Positions 48,388-62,600 of a DNA stretch of 64,000 bases are shown piece after piece; within the stretch, counting starts at the first letter, position 1; the number at the start of each line of letters is the position of its first letter. The notes beneath the pieces are model-generated. The model was not told where the DNA came from and did not search any database. It saw nothing but the letters and a program-made list of their open reading frames with translations. Made by a program: the position numbers and the translations under genes. The DNA lies in NCBI GenBank assembly GCA_043228905.1, contig JBHGNT010000018.1, forward strand, positions 13,578,001 through 13,642,000. Reading direction: 5' to 3'. Source of the stretch: Azolla caroliniana. Lineage: Eukaryota; Plantae; Polypodiophyta.

Positions 48388-50747
48388 TCCTCTAGTCTTC
48401 TTTTCGGTTTCCCTCATCCTCTTACCCCTTTTTTCCAATACTATGGCTATTGTTAGCACCCAAGAATATCAATCCGTTTTCTCCAAGCTACAGGGTCTAA
48501 AAGAAAATTTTGTTGCCTTGGAACATGAAAACCAACGATTGTTAGGGGATCTTCAACAAATCGCTCTAGAAAAACACCAAACGCAGCAACAACATGGGGA
48601 GTTAGCATTATGTGTACAACAACTCGAAGCAATCATCGTAGCATTGCAACAACAAGGATCAAATTGAACTTCCTGTGAAATTCGATGGAACGCGATTGCA
48701 ATTAAGGGTTTTCTTAATCAGGTACGCTTAGTCATTCAAATGCATCCTTCCCGATACCCCACTGATGCATCCCGAATCGGCCTAATAGGCACATTTCTTA
48801 GCGGCTCAGCCTTGGAATGGTTCGCTCCGCTTCTAGAAAAACAATCGCCCTTGCTTAATAACTTTGAAGACTTTATTAGCGAGTTTAAAGCCTGCTTTGG
48901 AGATACTGACAGCATCAGGACGACGATCAACAAAATCCGACGATTGCGTTAAGGTGATCATCCAACCTCTGCCTACGCAGCGGATTTCCGTCTACTCACC
49001 TCAGATATCCCCTAGGATGATCAGGCATTAATGGAGCAGTTTCGCTATGGCCTGCGAAACGATGTCAAAGATTTACTCTTAACCTTCCCCGAAGAACCAA
49101 AGTCTCTTACAAAGGCAATCAGTCGAGTGATCCGATGCAACAACCGCCTTTTCGAACGACGTTTTAAACATCAATAACAAATGCCACACCCTAGGCCGGA
49201 GCCCACATACGCTAAACCCTTTGCACGAGACATATCTCAAGCAAATACTCTAACACCGATGGAGATCGACACCATAGATCAACATGGCATGTTATCAGAA
49301 GAAGAAAAGCAACGACGACGTGTAAATCGATTATGTCTTTATTGCGGTGGACCAGCGCATATCGCAATCAACTGTCCCCATAGGCCAAGAAGACAGGTAA
49401 ATCAAATCGTAGCTTGTACTAAACCCGAATCGATTCTACCCTTAGGAGTGTCTAATAGTATTAATAGTACTAATAGCCCAAGTATCTCAAACAAATTTGA
49501 AATCCTTAGTTAATTAGAAGAAGAGTTAAACGACTGAGTCCAGCCAAAATAAGAGTCGTTTGGTTGGACAGCCCTAGATCTGTACAACCCATTAGTGGTT
49601 CCATTACCTCCAAGCAAGTTAGCAATGTGTTCTTAGCCCAAGTCATGGTTAGTACTAAAAGTACTCCTCCAGTACACGTCCTAACACTTTTAGATTCCAG
49701 AGCCAATTCCTGTTTCATGGATTGAAATTTTGCCCAAGCTTCTCTGATATCCTTAAGAAAACTTCTTTGTCCCGCATTTGCAGTAATCATTGATGGTCGT
49801 CCCATTGCTTTTGGGAATATTGTAGAAGAGTCAGAACCCATTTAGAGTGTCCTAGGTAGTTTTGTGTGTGTGGTATCATTTAATATAATTAGTAGTCCAG
49901 AGCATCCCATTGTCCTGGGATTACCTTGGTTTGAATTACATAATCCAGACATAGATTGGAGAACAAGAGAAGTCCAGTATCGACAACCCCAAGAATCTAC
50001 TCATAAGGTTTCGACCATTTCACTCCATCAATTACACGAAGAATGACACAAGGAGGCAATGTTTCTATTTGCAATATCAGTTCATCCTTCCAACAATATT
50101 AAGAAGGAATCCTTAGTGCAACTTCCGGCGAAATATCATCCTTATGCCAATGTATTTGACAAGGTAAAAGCCGGTACTCTTCCTCATCATCGTCCCTATG
50201 ATTGTCCCATCGATTTACAACTAGGAACAGAGCCACCATGTGTTGTCCGCCGGAATAGTAACCGACGGACAAGAGCACAGGAATAGGAAATAGTATATAT
50301 AAGATTTTAACGCATGTAACAGTTCACGCGGGAAGCGTGAACGGCTAAAAGACCATGCCTGTGTATATAAAGGGCAGAAAACCTCTGATAGAAGGAGCGT
50401 GTAATTTTCGAATGTAAAGAAGTGTATCGTAATAGAATTCTATCTTCTCTGATATCTGTGTATAGCTACGGCTAATCTACTGTGTGTCTAGAATACCTGA
50501 GAGTGTAGAAGTAAGAACGTGAGCTTGTAACCCCTGATAAGGAGTCGGTTGTAGTCGTCTCCCTTATACGCTGCTAGGTTACGGGGAACATTCCCCTATG
50601 TATTACGCATAGACGCCACAATTCATTGTTTCACAGTCACTTGGAGGTCTAGGTCGAAGGACTGACCGCAGACCGTGTTCCTAATCGGTAACACTTTTGA
50701 CACGCTTGGTGATCTGTGTCTTCTCACAGACGAACAACAACGAATGG

Positions 50748-53700
50748 ATGTTTAGCCGCAGACGCCCCAAAGAACCAACACGACAAGACCGCCTAATCAC
50801 AAGGTCCGTCACACGCCAGGCAGAGGAACGCGCACGGCAAAAGCCTCGCCTCAGCGACCTCAGTACTACCTGTCGTGATTACAAAGGTGATTCTTTGCTC
50901 TCCAAATACCTCGACAATACGTGGGGAGCACGCTCACCACAGTAACATTGTGGTCTTTCCCAACCCGCCATAACCCCCAGCATGACCTTTGCCTATCTCC
51001 GCTTTAACGGCAAAACCGACGCCGCAACCCATATTCGCATGTTCCTCAATGTCTGGAATGCGAACCACATGGCGCAGAGCCTTTCTGAGGCGGTAGCGCA
51101 CTAGTCGAAAATGACGGAGTTCGGGTTAACATTGGATGGGCGAGCGGCATTTTGCCATTCACAGATGGATTTGCCAGCAATCACAACCTTCGATCAGCTG
51201 CAGTCCGCCTTCTTGCGATTCTTCCATCGGAGGGTTCCACAACGCGAAATCCTCAGACAGTTCTACACGATTAAGCAACTGTCGACCAAGACGATCGCAG
51301 ACTTCAGCTTACATTTCCAAAATTTACAGCGGAAACTAGAACGGAGCCCCGCGGAGGACGAGGCTCGAGAGACATTTCTGGCAGCATTACGCCGACCCAT
51401 ACGGACAACGCTCAACAACAATAGCGTGAAAGGGGAAACGGCGGATATGGTCATTGAACGAGCGTTATAGTTCGAGTTGGACGACGAGGAGGAAAGGTTT
51501 TCTATGTCCTCCTTACGACAAGCGTTACCCTAGGACGAGGAACGACAATTTCGTCAAGCAATCCAGTGCATGATTTGCTTGAACTCGGGGCATTCTACAG
51601 TGGAGTGCAACATGCGAATCCACTGCCCAATCTGCCACTCGAAGGCTCACACAGTTGACCAATGCGAATACAATATGTTGAATAGAGCCGCTCCCACAGT
51701 ACGCAGCATGGACACACAACGTCCCCAACGTCGTACCGAACAAAGGAGGCAAGAAGACCGACCACGGTATGTGGATCGCAACCCACGTGACGACCGGCAC
51801 CACCGGAATCACCAGAATCACAACGATTCCGAGGAAGACGAACCAGAGGATGAGGATTACCGTGGACCTCCAAGTTGTGCTAAAGGGGGCCGGCGCTATG
51901 AGAATCATCGGCTGACAAACAAACGTGGCGGCTTCAATGGTTATCGTGGGAAGCCGTAGCAATATCGAGACCACCGGCGATATGACGAAAGCTCGAGAGA
52001 TGAGCGACACCAAGAACCATGCCGGGACCAATAGCAACCACCACGTGCGTTCCGACAAATGAGGCCGGACCGTGAGGATCTAGTCGCACCAGGGTATCGA
52101 CACACACCACCAGGAGCCGAGAAGGGTGAATCGGGCAACCATTGTTTTGTTTGTTAGCAGCCCGGACATTATGCCACGCAATGCCCAGCACGCAACGGCA
52201 AGGGGCCCGCCGTCAATACGATTACGGCGGAAGTGCAGCGAGTCACGACACGCCAGCAAACAAAAACCACTGATTGGGCCACGCAAGATGAGATACGACG
52301 ACAAGCCCAGGCATGGGTGGAAAAAGCAAACGCGACCAATACAGAGCGCATGTGGAAGGAGTCCGTGAATACGATGGAGCAAGCGGAGGACGAAGGACCG
52401 GCCCCAGACCCCATTTAGCAGGCATTAGGGGGCTGCGAGATAACGTTAACCATGGAGAAGCTACTGCAGCTAGTCCCACACTTCCGCCAAACCATGGAAG
52501 AACGGGTGACGGGCATACCAGAGGTGAGCGTCGCTACAAACCTTACGGACATTAGCGACGAACCGCCTGTAGTGGATCACCACAACCCGGATATTACATT
52601 GATATTACACGAACAGGAAATTCCTGGATGCGTAATCGATGTCGGCTCAGGCGTTAATGTAATTAGCGCGAAAACTTGCGAGCAGTTAGGCATTTCAGAA
52701 TGGGAGGCTTGCCCATTCTGGCTCCGAATGGCAGATACCCGCTCAGTACAACCATTGGGGTTAATTCGCAAGATAGGCATTATCGTGGGCAGACATCGCT
52801 TCGACATTCGCCCCAGGGGCATACCCCGTGCTTCTGGGCAAACCGTGGCTTCGGGCAGTAAATATCAAGCAGAGCTGGCAACACAAGTGTATGAGTTTCC
52901 GACACAGACGCACTAAGGTTCGCGTACCTACGGAAGGAAGCATGCCACAATCCAAGGGTATAACACCATTATACGTGGAAGATATAAATATGTTGGCTGG
53001 GGTGGAGGATGCAGAATTAGAGGCATACCTAGACGAGCACCCTCGGATCATTCTGTTGTTCGAAATCGACGTCATCGCAACTGCAGCAGAATATGCCATG
53101 GCCACTATTCTCCACGACAAGACTTACGAACCAAACCCGGAGTCCATATTGGAACTCAGCAGAGCACAAGCGGCATTCGAAAGGGAAATGAAAATTTCAC
53201 GACGAGTCACCGCCTCCGCCCTGGAAGAAGTAAACGTGGGTACGGAGTCAGAACCCTGTTTCCTCTCCATCGCAAAGGAATTAAGGCCGGACCAGAGAAA
53301 CACGATGATCACACTATTCAAGAAATATAAAGATGTGTTCGCTTGGGCTCACGAGGACATGAAGGGGTTAGATCCCAAGTTCTATCAACATAAGATCAAT
53401 TTAGCAACCGACGCAAAACCCGTCCAGCAGTGCCACTACCACATGAACCCGAACTACGCGACCTGCGTAAAAGAAGAAATTGACAAACTCCTAAAGGCGG
53501 GATTCATACGGCCAGTTAAACAAGGCACATGGTTAAGTCCAATAGTAGTCGTTCCAAAGAAAAACGGCAAAATATGGGTATGTGTGGATTACCGAAAATT
53601 AAACGTCGTAACGATTACGGACGCATTCCCTTTACCATTCACCGATAGCGTACTGGACATCGTCGCAGGACATGAGATGTACAGTTTTTTAGACGGCTTC

Positions 53701-56082
53701 AGTGGGTATAACCAGGTACGCATGCATCCCAATGACCAAGAGAAGACGGCATTTGTCACAGACTGGAGAGTCTATGTGGCAGTCGTCATGATGTTCGGGC
53801 TAAAGACAGCGCCGGCAACATTTCAACGGACAATTACGGAGATCTTTGGGGAATATATTCCGGCGTTCATGCAAGTTTTTTTAGACGACTTTGTGGTGTA
53901 TGGGAGAACAATCGACCATTTTACGCATCTACAACTGTGCCTGGAACGTTGTCGCACCGCACGCTTAAGCCTGAATCCCGCGAAATGTGCCTTCGGCGTG
54001 ACCAGCGGGACTCTCCTAGGCCATATAGTCAGCAAGGAGGGAATAGCAATCTATCCGAACAAGATCTCCGCGATTATGCAAGCCAAAACTCCGACAAACG
54101 CGAAATCACTCAGCCGGTTTTTAGGACACATATGGTGGCATAGTCGGATGATACGATATTTGGCGGACTTCGCCACGCCATTACATGTTGTCGTGCATCG
54201 GACTCCCTTCCAATGGACCGCAATGGAGGACAAGGCCTATGAGGCACTTAAGATAATGCTCACACAAGCCCCCGTCGTACAACCACCAGTTTGGGTGAAG
54301 CCATTCCACGTGTTCGTCGACGCCTCGGACATAGCAATAGGGAGTGCGCTAATGCAGCTCACCGAACCAAACTGGTACCGGCCAGTGTACTACACTAGTC
54401 ACAAATTATCAACAACAGAGCGTAACTATTCCACAACGGAGCGGGAGGCGCTAGGGATGATCTATAGCATCAATAAATTCCGGCATTATTTACTGGGGAG
54501 GAAATTCACGTTCCACGTGGATCATTCGGCGTTGCTGTATTTGGTGGAGAAACAAGCCCTGACGGGGAAATTAGCGCGATGGATGCTGCTGCTTCAAGAT
54601 TTCAATTTTGTAATTCAGCACCAACCGAGGACGCAACACGCAATGGTAGATTTTTTGAGCAGACTCGATAATGGAGAAACAATACAGAAGGACGACGACG
54701 ATTTTCCGGATGTCGACATCCTGCGGGTAGCAGCACTGGCAGAAAGAACGGAATCGACCTTTCCGGACCGGTGGCTTATGGAAATGACATACTTTTTTAC
54801 TACGGGACTGCCTCCACCACAACTATGCACGGACGAGAAGAAACGACTAGTCGTTTGAAGCCGTCACTTCTGCCTCGTCGAAGGCGTGTTATATCACAAA
54901 GGAAGTGACGACATTTGGCGACGTGGGGTACGACAGGATGAGAAGGAAGCAGTTTTACGGGAGCCACTCTGCGGCACGGCAAGCGGCCATTACGCGGGCG
55001 ATGTTACAGCCCAGAAAGTATGGCAGGCAAGCCTATGGTGGCCAACAACGCAGAAGGACGCATCCGCGTATTGTAGAAAGTGTGATTTGTGTCAACAGAT
55101 GGGACAGCCCACAGAGGGTGCAAGGATGCCACACCAGCCTGTATTACTGTTAGACCCCTTCCAAAAGTGGGGATTGGATTTTGTGGGCCCCTTCACACAG
55201 GCGGCAGCCCATACGGGAAATAAATACATATTGGTAGCCACGGATTATTGCACCAAGTGGGTAGAAGCAAAGGCACTACGAGAAAATACGGCGGCCGTCA
55301 CAACGAGATTCCTTTACGAGCACATCTGGTGCCAGTTCGGCTGTCCGATTGAGCTCATCAGTGACCAGGGGAGCCACTTTCTCAATACGGTGGTTCGGGA
55401 ACTAACACATCATTACGTCGTAGTCCACAAGAAGAGTACGCAATATTATCCACAGGCGAATGGGTTAGCGGAATCCACCAACAAGATGTTGCAAACCATC
55501 TTGAAGAAAATCGTTAATGAAAATAGAACAGACTGGGATACCAAATTACAGAGTGCGTTATGGGCGTACAGAACCAGCTACAAAACAAGCATACAATCAA
55601 CATCGTTTCGATTAGCGTTTGGGCTGGAGACCGTGATGCCGGTAGAGTTTCAGATACCCAGTTTGCAGATTCAGGTACGGGACTGACTATCGGAAGCCAA
55701 GTCGGAGGAGGTACGACTTCACCAGCTACTCGAACTCGGGGAAAAACACATACACAGCATGGCTGTGTTGGAGCAGGAATAGCGACGGTGTAAAGTGTTT
55801 GTGGATCGACATCAGAACGCACGGGAAAAGAATTTCGCCGTCGGTCGAGCGGTGGTGGTTTTCCAAACCCGCATGGGCCATATGCCAGGGAAGTTACGAT
55901 TCCGCTGGACAGGCCCGTACTGGATAATTGGAGCGGAACAAGGCACGTTCCAACTAGCTACACTGGCCGGGGAAGTCTTACGACAAAAGGTGAATGGGTT
56001 TCGCCTTAAACCTTACATGGGCCCTACGCCACCTAACCCATTCACCACCGGACAGGACAAAGCCGGAGAACCCACAGCGTAA
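50748..56082 (+). pseudogene. gag-pol (Zn knuckles, PR, RT, RH, INT), disrupted
   Basis: VIDVGSGVN, SFLDGFSGYNQ, QVFLDDF, VFVDASD, KWGLDFVGP..ISDQGSHF, WTGPY. No chromodomain or extra RNase H seen. Confidence 0.92.
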
Positions 56083-56424
56083 GTGGACGGTCCCACTTGT
56101 ATCATAATGTAAAAATAGGTTGTATGTAACCGTTACGAAAAAAAAAAAAAAAAAGAAGAGAAGATAGCGATACTATTAAAGAAAAAGGACTAAATGCATG
56201 CACAGACTCCTAGATCAAGAACACGCGGCACCACGATGGCTCACCGCCCAATGAACCCTAAGCCACAAAAAGAAGGAAATAGAAGATCTTCTGCACAAAA
56301 CAGAAACCCACCTCCTAACTATCTGCGCTCCCATCGCTCCTCCCCCTCACCTTCTCCTCCATCCTATCATAGAGCTCCAGCCTACCGCAACCACCAGTCT
56401 CCTCCCCACGAACTTACTCTGGTG

Positions 56425-58989
56425 ATGCCGATCTTCATCTCTATCGCCTTACGCCGATGGCTCGTGGAGAAATGCCTAGATGGGTACATCCGGGTCGCAA
56501 AGGCACCTCCACACCGGGATGCCATGGACATCGCCAAAAAGCTTAACATCGACACGGTCATCAACTCTTCCATCCGGAAAAAGTTGGACCTGTCATCGCT
56601 AGGCGAAAGACATTTTGAAATCCCTCTTGCAGAGGTGCTGCAGAGATATTTCGGTCCATATTCCTCCTCTGCCAAGGCCTATAGAACGAAGCAGATCCCG
56701 GATCCCTTCTTCCGTGAAGTCGCCAAGTTCCTGTTAGAGGTCAGATGCGTACACGTCAACGCCTATGGGATGCCCAAGCAGAAGGCGGGTATCATTATTG
56801 ATACCTTTGAAGGGCGTGCGGTCGATTGGCGGGTCATCACAGGGCCGGCGTTAAGGGATGGCCTACATGCGTATCAGGGAGGCGAGAAGCTCAAGCCGAT
56901 CATACAACAGTACCTTATGGTGCTATTCCCACCCCAAGGCCTACCGGCACCGCAACCCAGCTGACCCACGCCTCCGCCCCGATCCGCGAAGCGCAGGTCA
57001 GCGGAGTTAGCTGCCCCAGAGTGGGAAGAGGAACCCCAACCCGCCCAACCAGACACACAGACAACGCAGGAAGAACAGTCGGCACGCTCCGTGGAAGTAG
57101 CCCCAGAGCCAAACGCCGAAACACGGCAAGATAGCCCCAGACCGAAACGACGGAGGTTGGACAGGAAAGATGGGTGGGGATTGGTCAAAGACGTCCCCAC
57201 GATGGTAGAGACAACGACCGAAGGCGATGGCTCTGCAACTACGGAGCCCAATCCACCTTCGAAATCATTCGGGAGCCACGGCCGATCATTACGACCCATT
57301 CACAACGAGGGAAAGTTGTATTGTCAGCGGAAAGCGAGGTTTTGGCATATCCAAATATCCCAGACACGGCCCATGAGTTCAGCGCCCTCTTGCAGTTCGG
57401 AACCTCTTTTGAGGTCATGGAATTCCTGGCAATGCAACAGATAAAGGCCTCACAACGAATGGTCGAGGAGCACGCAGAGTGCCAGATGATCGAGCGCGCC
57501 CTAACACAAATGGCGGAGAGCAATGATGAGGACCAGCTAGCCAGGGTCGGCAGACAGAGGAACGCCGGTGTACGCCGAGTGGGAATGGAGCTACCCCCAT
57601 TAAACACGGCCCTAGTCGAAGTCCACAGGGAACTGGCAAAGATCAGCACAGGCGACAAGGAGATGTCCATTAAAAATAAGAACGTCTGGAAGAAGGTGAA
57701 ACTGGCCCAAGCCGAGCTGCAAAAAGCCAACGAATGCATCGCAGAGTTGGAAACTGACGTGACTACGGTGCAACAAGCAACTCCGCCACCAAACCAGGCC
57801 ATCAACGCCTTGAAGGAAGAGATTGAGGCTTAGACCGCCATTGCCTCAAAAGCAAAAAGGGTCGTACAACTAGCGGAATCAGAAATTGACCGCCTTCGCG
57901 TTGAACTTCGCCAATCCTCTGACAAGGAAAAGGATATCTAGGCTAACGGCCGGAAGGCAGTAAAAACCCTTGAAGAGAAACTCGTTGCGGAGGCCGCTCA
58001 GCACACCCGAACAAAAGAAGAAAACGCCCAATTACGGGAGGAAGCGAAGAAGTCGGAGGCGGCAATCGGGGGACTCCGGGCCTTATTGGAGAAAAAGAAC
58101 GTATGGTTCGACAAGCAATTGGTGGGCGAATAGGAAAGAAGGCATCAGCTCGAAATCTACCTAAACAATGAAATGGGGAAATTAGAAGAACTCCATGCGA
58201 AGGAAGCCCAGTTCTGGGCGGGCACGAAGGATGGATGGCTGGGTAGCCTAGGCAGCAGAATTGCACGCGTATCGTGTGGACTGGGAGAACAGGCGAAAAG
58301 ACGGCCGAGGCTTCTATAAACTCAATGAGGAGAGCATTGCGGCAGTACGTGAGGACCTAGCGCAAGACTATCGCGCGCTAGCGGACCAGCATTCCGAAGA
58401 ACTCGCGCAACTCTTAGACGATTTTGGGGAAAGCCAGGAGGATCTGTTTCACCAAATCACACAAGCCGGAAGCACGCGAACTAATGAGGAATCCGTCGTG
58501 CCACCAAATCCGAACACTGCCGAAGAAGAGGAACCTCAGGCCAGGTCCCCCGCCATTACAACTACGGTGAACAGCGCGGAACGACGAGCAGGGTCCCCCA
58601 CATTACCAGACAGCGAAACCACGGCCCAAGAGGAACCCCATCTCCCGGAGCCTACGCTAGCGGTCGACCACACGGAGAACGTTGCGGACCCAACAGAACT
58701 ACAACCCCACTCCCCGGAGCGTACAACGACGGCCGACACCACGGAGCGAGTGACGGAGGAGACAGAGCCGCGACCGACCGCTAGCCTGCCAACGGCTGAG
58801 CTCAACACCCTAGCCCAAGAAGAGCCCACAGAACCCAGACCGCCCACACAAGATGATCGCGACACCAGGACAAGCCCTCCCGACCACACAGGGGAACTAC
58901 ACCACAATGCACCTACGGGCCCTACGCCGTCCCCAGACGCGGACACCGTAGCATAGCCAAACATCTGGGACATTTTGGAAGAAGATTAA
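56425..58989 (+). pseudogene. Extra sense-strand ORF downstream of pol (globular N-terminus, coiled-coil, P/T/E-rich tail), disrupted
   Basis: Successive ORF pieces 56194-56964, 57174-57833 and 58261-58956, following an A-tract near 56138. Confidence 0.6.
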
Positions 58990-59676
58990 CGGGATGGGTC
59001 CGACGTGCCAAGGCACTATCCCACAGGCGTGCCAGGTGTTGTCCGCTGAAATAGTAACCGACGGACAAGAGCGCAGGAATAGGAAATAGTATATATAAGA
59101 TTGTAACGCATGTAACGATTCATGCGGGAAGCGTGAACGGCTAAAAGACCCTACGTATATAAAGGGCAGAAAACCTCTAACAAAGGGAGTGTGTAATTTT
59201 GGCATTCACAGATGGATTTGCCAGCAATCACGACCTTCGATCAGCTGCAGTCCCCCTTCTTGCGGTTCTTCCATCGGAGGGTTCCACCGCAGACCGTGTA
59301 CCTAATCGGTAACACCATGGGAACCAATTTACAACTTGTCACCAACTGAGTTAGAAGTCCTTTGAGCCTACATAGAGGAGAACTTAGCAAGCAGGTTTAT
59401 TCGTGATTCGAAATCTCCGGCCAGTGCACCCATCTTCTTTGTCAAGAAGAAAGATGGATCACTTCATCTCATCATTGATTACCGCGGCTTGAATAAGGTC
59501 ACCATCAGGAATAGGTATGCACTTCCTCTTATATCAAGTCTTTTAGAGCGAGTAAATGGTGTCAATTTTTTTACAAAAATCCATCTACGAGGGGCGTATA
59601 ACCTCGTGTGGATCCGACCGAGAGACGAATGGAAGACCACCTTTCGCACGCAGTATGGGCATTTTGAGAATACCAT

Positions 59677-62600
59677 TGTCGCGTTGTTATGCGCGCGTGT
59701 GTGTAGAAGGGGCGGGACCACAGGGGTCTCGGACGAGGGAGAAAAGGGATGCCAAGAAACCTGACACCGGACACGACCCGGATGCAATTGAACATGAGAG
59801 AGAGAGAGAGAGAGAGACAAAGGAGAGGGAGGGTGTGCGCGCGACACCGACTCTTATGCACAAGAAGCAAGGGGTTGTGCTTCCGACACCACCAAATACA
59901 CCAATATGCACACACGGATACGAGTATGTATATTACAAGGGAAAGAATACATCCCCGGCTTCGAGTCGAACCAAGGTAGGTTAGGTTACAACAGCAGTCT
60001 ACTGCCAAGCCGCAGATTGGGGGAGCTCTCGGGCTCGTCACGCCGAGCGGGGTCTTGCACAAGAGACCAAGTAGAAGCAAACCCTAAATGGACACAAACT
60101 CCCAACCCATACGACGACGAAGAAGAAGAAGAAACTACCTAACCTAAATCTAACAGTATACCCTCCTAACTCAAAATGGGCAACCCTTCTACAAGGGACC
60201 ATCCCTTCCTTTTATAGAACAAGGAGAGAGATGCATTACAATGTGGGATAAATCCCTTATTACATGGGATCCTTTGTCCCGAATTAACTACTGTCCGGCG
60301 CCATGATGGCGCCCCTATCATTTACACGATTTGTACAAGGGTGAGTGCACATGGTGCACTCTGCCGATTCTTCCGATATTCCCCGGTTTCTCACTATGAC
60401 CCGGAATCTTCACGACATCCGCCCCCACCAAACCGCACATCCACTGGTACGTGCCAAATCTGGAGAAAGACGAAAGATTGGGGCTGGTGAGAAACCGGTC
60501 CTCCGTGACCTGCATCCCGGCTTGCCGAGTCGACCGCTACCAGTTTGAACCGTCGACTTCGGTTCATCCTTCGCGCTTGCCTCTCTGTAGGCTCATTCGA
60601 CCTGTTAATAGGTCATCCGCCGTGATTCTGTAGCGTGCGTGCTTCCTCGTTGGCCCTTCCTTCGACCTTATGCATGATTCTCGTCCCTTTGGATATGTGG
60701 TGTCCTCCGTCCGAGGAGCACCCATGATGGCCCACTTGGCCACATTTGTATTGCGCTTCTGCCATCGGTTTGGAGCCTTCCGCTTGCTGTCGTCCCCTCG
60801 CCCCCACCAGCTTGTTATCTCGGGCTTGGCACGCCACACCAATCGTTTCCACTCTAACTGAGCCGCTGAGATCTCCGAAGCGGGCGTGGAAGATCTTTCT
60901 CCAATCCTCGATCTTGTTTTCCGGTCTCCATCCGCGTACTCCATTTACGCACGCGCGTCTTCGTTCCCGGCACCTCCGTGTGCCGTCTTCTGCCTTCCTT
61001 GTTCGGCACCACCTGTGCGAAACAACATCCCGTACTCGTGCTTCGCTTTGGCCCTTGATGGCCACACGCACGTCTTCTATTCCTCTTTCGGGTGTGCCCC
61101 TTTCCGGCTCGACACACCGCTCCTTAACTTGGTGTCCCCGACAACTCATCGGAAGATCACCCTTGCCGCGTCCTGGCCCGCACAGCCTCCTTCTTTCTCG
61201 TAACGCCTTGGTTGGTCAGTGCCTCTGCTATTGCCGCCTCAGTCCCCTTGCCGCCACCTTCCATTGCCCTCGGTCTCATGTTGCCACGTCGGCCGAACAG
61301 CCGGGGTCTCCGGGCAGGTGTGAAGGATCCTTCTCGAGCCTCCGTTTTGTTGGGTCACCAACTCTCGTACCAAGCGCATCTGATCTCTGTCTTCCCGACT
61401 CTGCCAGTCGGGTTCGCATCTGGTTCGTGACCGCCTCGATGGCCTCATACCTCCTTTCACTCTGCTTTCCATCGTCCGATCATGTTCACCTGCCACCACC
61501 ATCCCTTCCTATAGGACTCACGCCAGTACTTGGGCCGACCGTCGGATCAGTGTGAGGATCTTCGTGGGACCCCCCTTTCTGCCTTTGGTTGCCCGCCTTG
61601 CCGCCGCCACTGTTCCTTACTCTAGGCCTCACGCCAGCTCTCGGGCCGACAACCGGAGTCTCTAGAACCGGTGTGGAGGATCCTCCTTGGGCTTTCCGTA
61701 TCTCTCACCCTTATCCTAGGTCTTCTTTGCCCGCAAGTCGAGAGGGTGGCTCGCTCCACACCCTCCCCCGTGGTACCGACGTACCGTGCTCCTGGCCTCT
61801 TCGTAGGCCTGCTCTCTCCTCTCTTCCGGATCAATTATCCCGGAAGTCCGTTCCGCCCCGTTCTCGTCCGGGTCCACCCGTCATTCTTTGGATGGTCGGG
61901 TTCCGTTCTCTTGTCGCCACTGATCTCTCCTATAGGACTCACGCCAGCACTCGGGCCGACAGCCAGATCGGTGTGAGAATCTCCGTAGGACCGGTCTTCG
62001 TTCTCCTCTTCATCCCTTGTACTTTTCTCAAACTCTTCGTCACTCTCCTCGTTGTGCTCCCGCCTCCATCTTCCATCTCTTTCGGTCTCACGTTGCCACG
62101 TCGGCCGAACTGCCGAAGTCTCCGGACAAGATGGGGGTAACTAATTTCGCAACGTCTTTCGGAGACTCATCCGGGGCCACCGATCCTTTTAGGGTGTCAA
62201 TGGAAAGCATCCGCTCTGTGATCAACCAAGCCCTACCTGGGCTTGATTCTCCAATGTCCAGAGTTTCGGCTCTGATGCCAACCTTGCCGGACTCGTTGTG
62301 AACCCTTGATCACCTTCTTCCCGATTCCCGACCTTCGCCTGGCCGGTCTTTCTCCCCATGTAAATGAGGGCGGCTCGTTCCGCACCCTCTCCCATATCAG
62401 CACCTTCATGCCGATTCTGGCCCCGGTCGAACAATCCACGACCGGATCGCACTCCACCCGAATTGGAGCACCGCGCGGTTCGGTCCCCGGTCGGGTCGTT
62501 TCTTGGTCTCCTCGTCGACCTTCTCGTAGGCCATTTCCCATCCATCTTCGCTGGCATCGTGCCAAGACTCCTCGATACAGTCATCTATCTCCTCGATCTC

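Larger units (their letters stand above)
50241..59314 (+). mobile_element. Full-length decayed non-chromovirus gypsy (Athila/Tat-related) with an extra 3' ORF
   Basis: LTRs at 50241-50693 and 59037-59314 (chimeric). TSD CCATG. Arg-type PBS near 50698-50711. Confidence 0.93.
48016..59676 (+). mobile_element. Tcn1/Tf1-type gypsy (5' LTR ~48016-48373, decayed gag-PR-RT), interrupted at 50241 and again at 59677
   Basis: Gag with PMEID and CLYCGGPAHIAINC, PR LLDSRA, RT start EPPW|(G)PIYNLS split by the insertion. No tRNA PBS; a self-priming site is present instead. Confidence 0.85.

Noticed and set aside
49520-49545. Programmed -1 frameshift site (GTTAAAC before TGA) at the gag/pol boundary
   Set aside because: It is not a canonical slippery heptamer, and the copy is too decayed to define frames.
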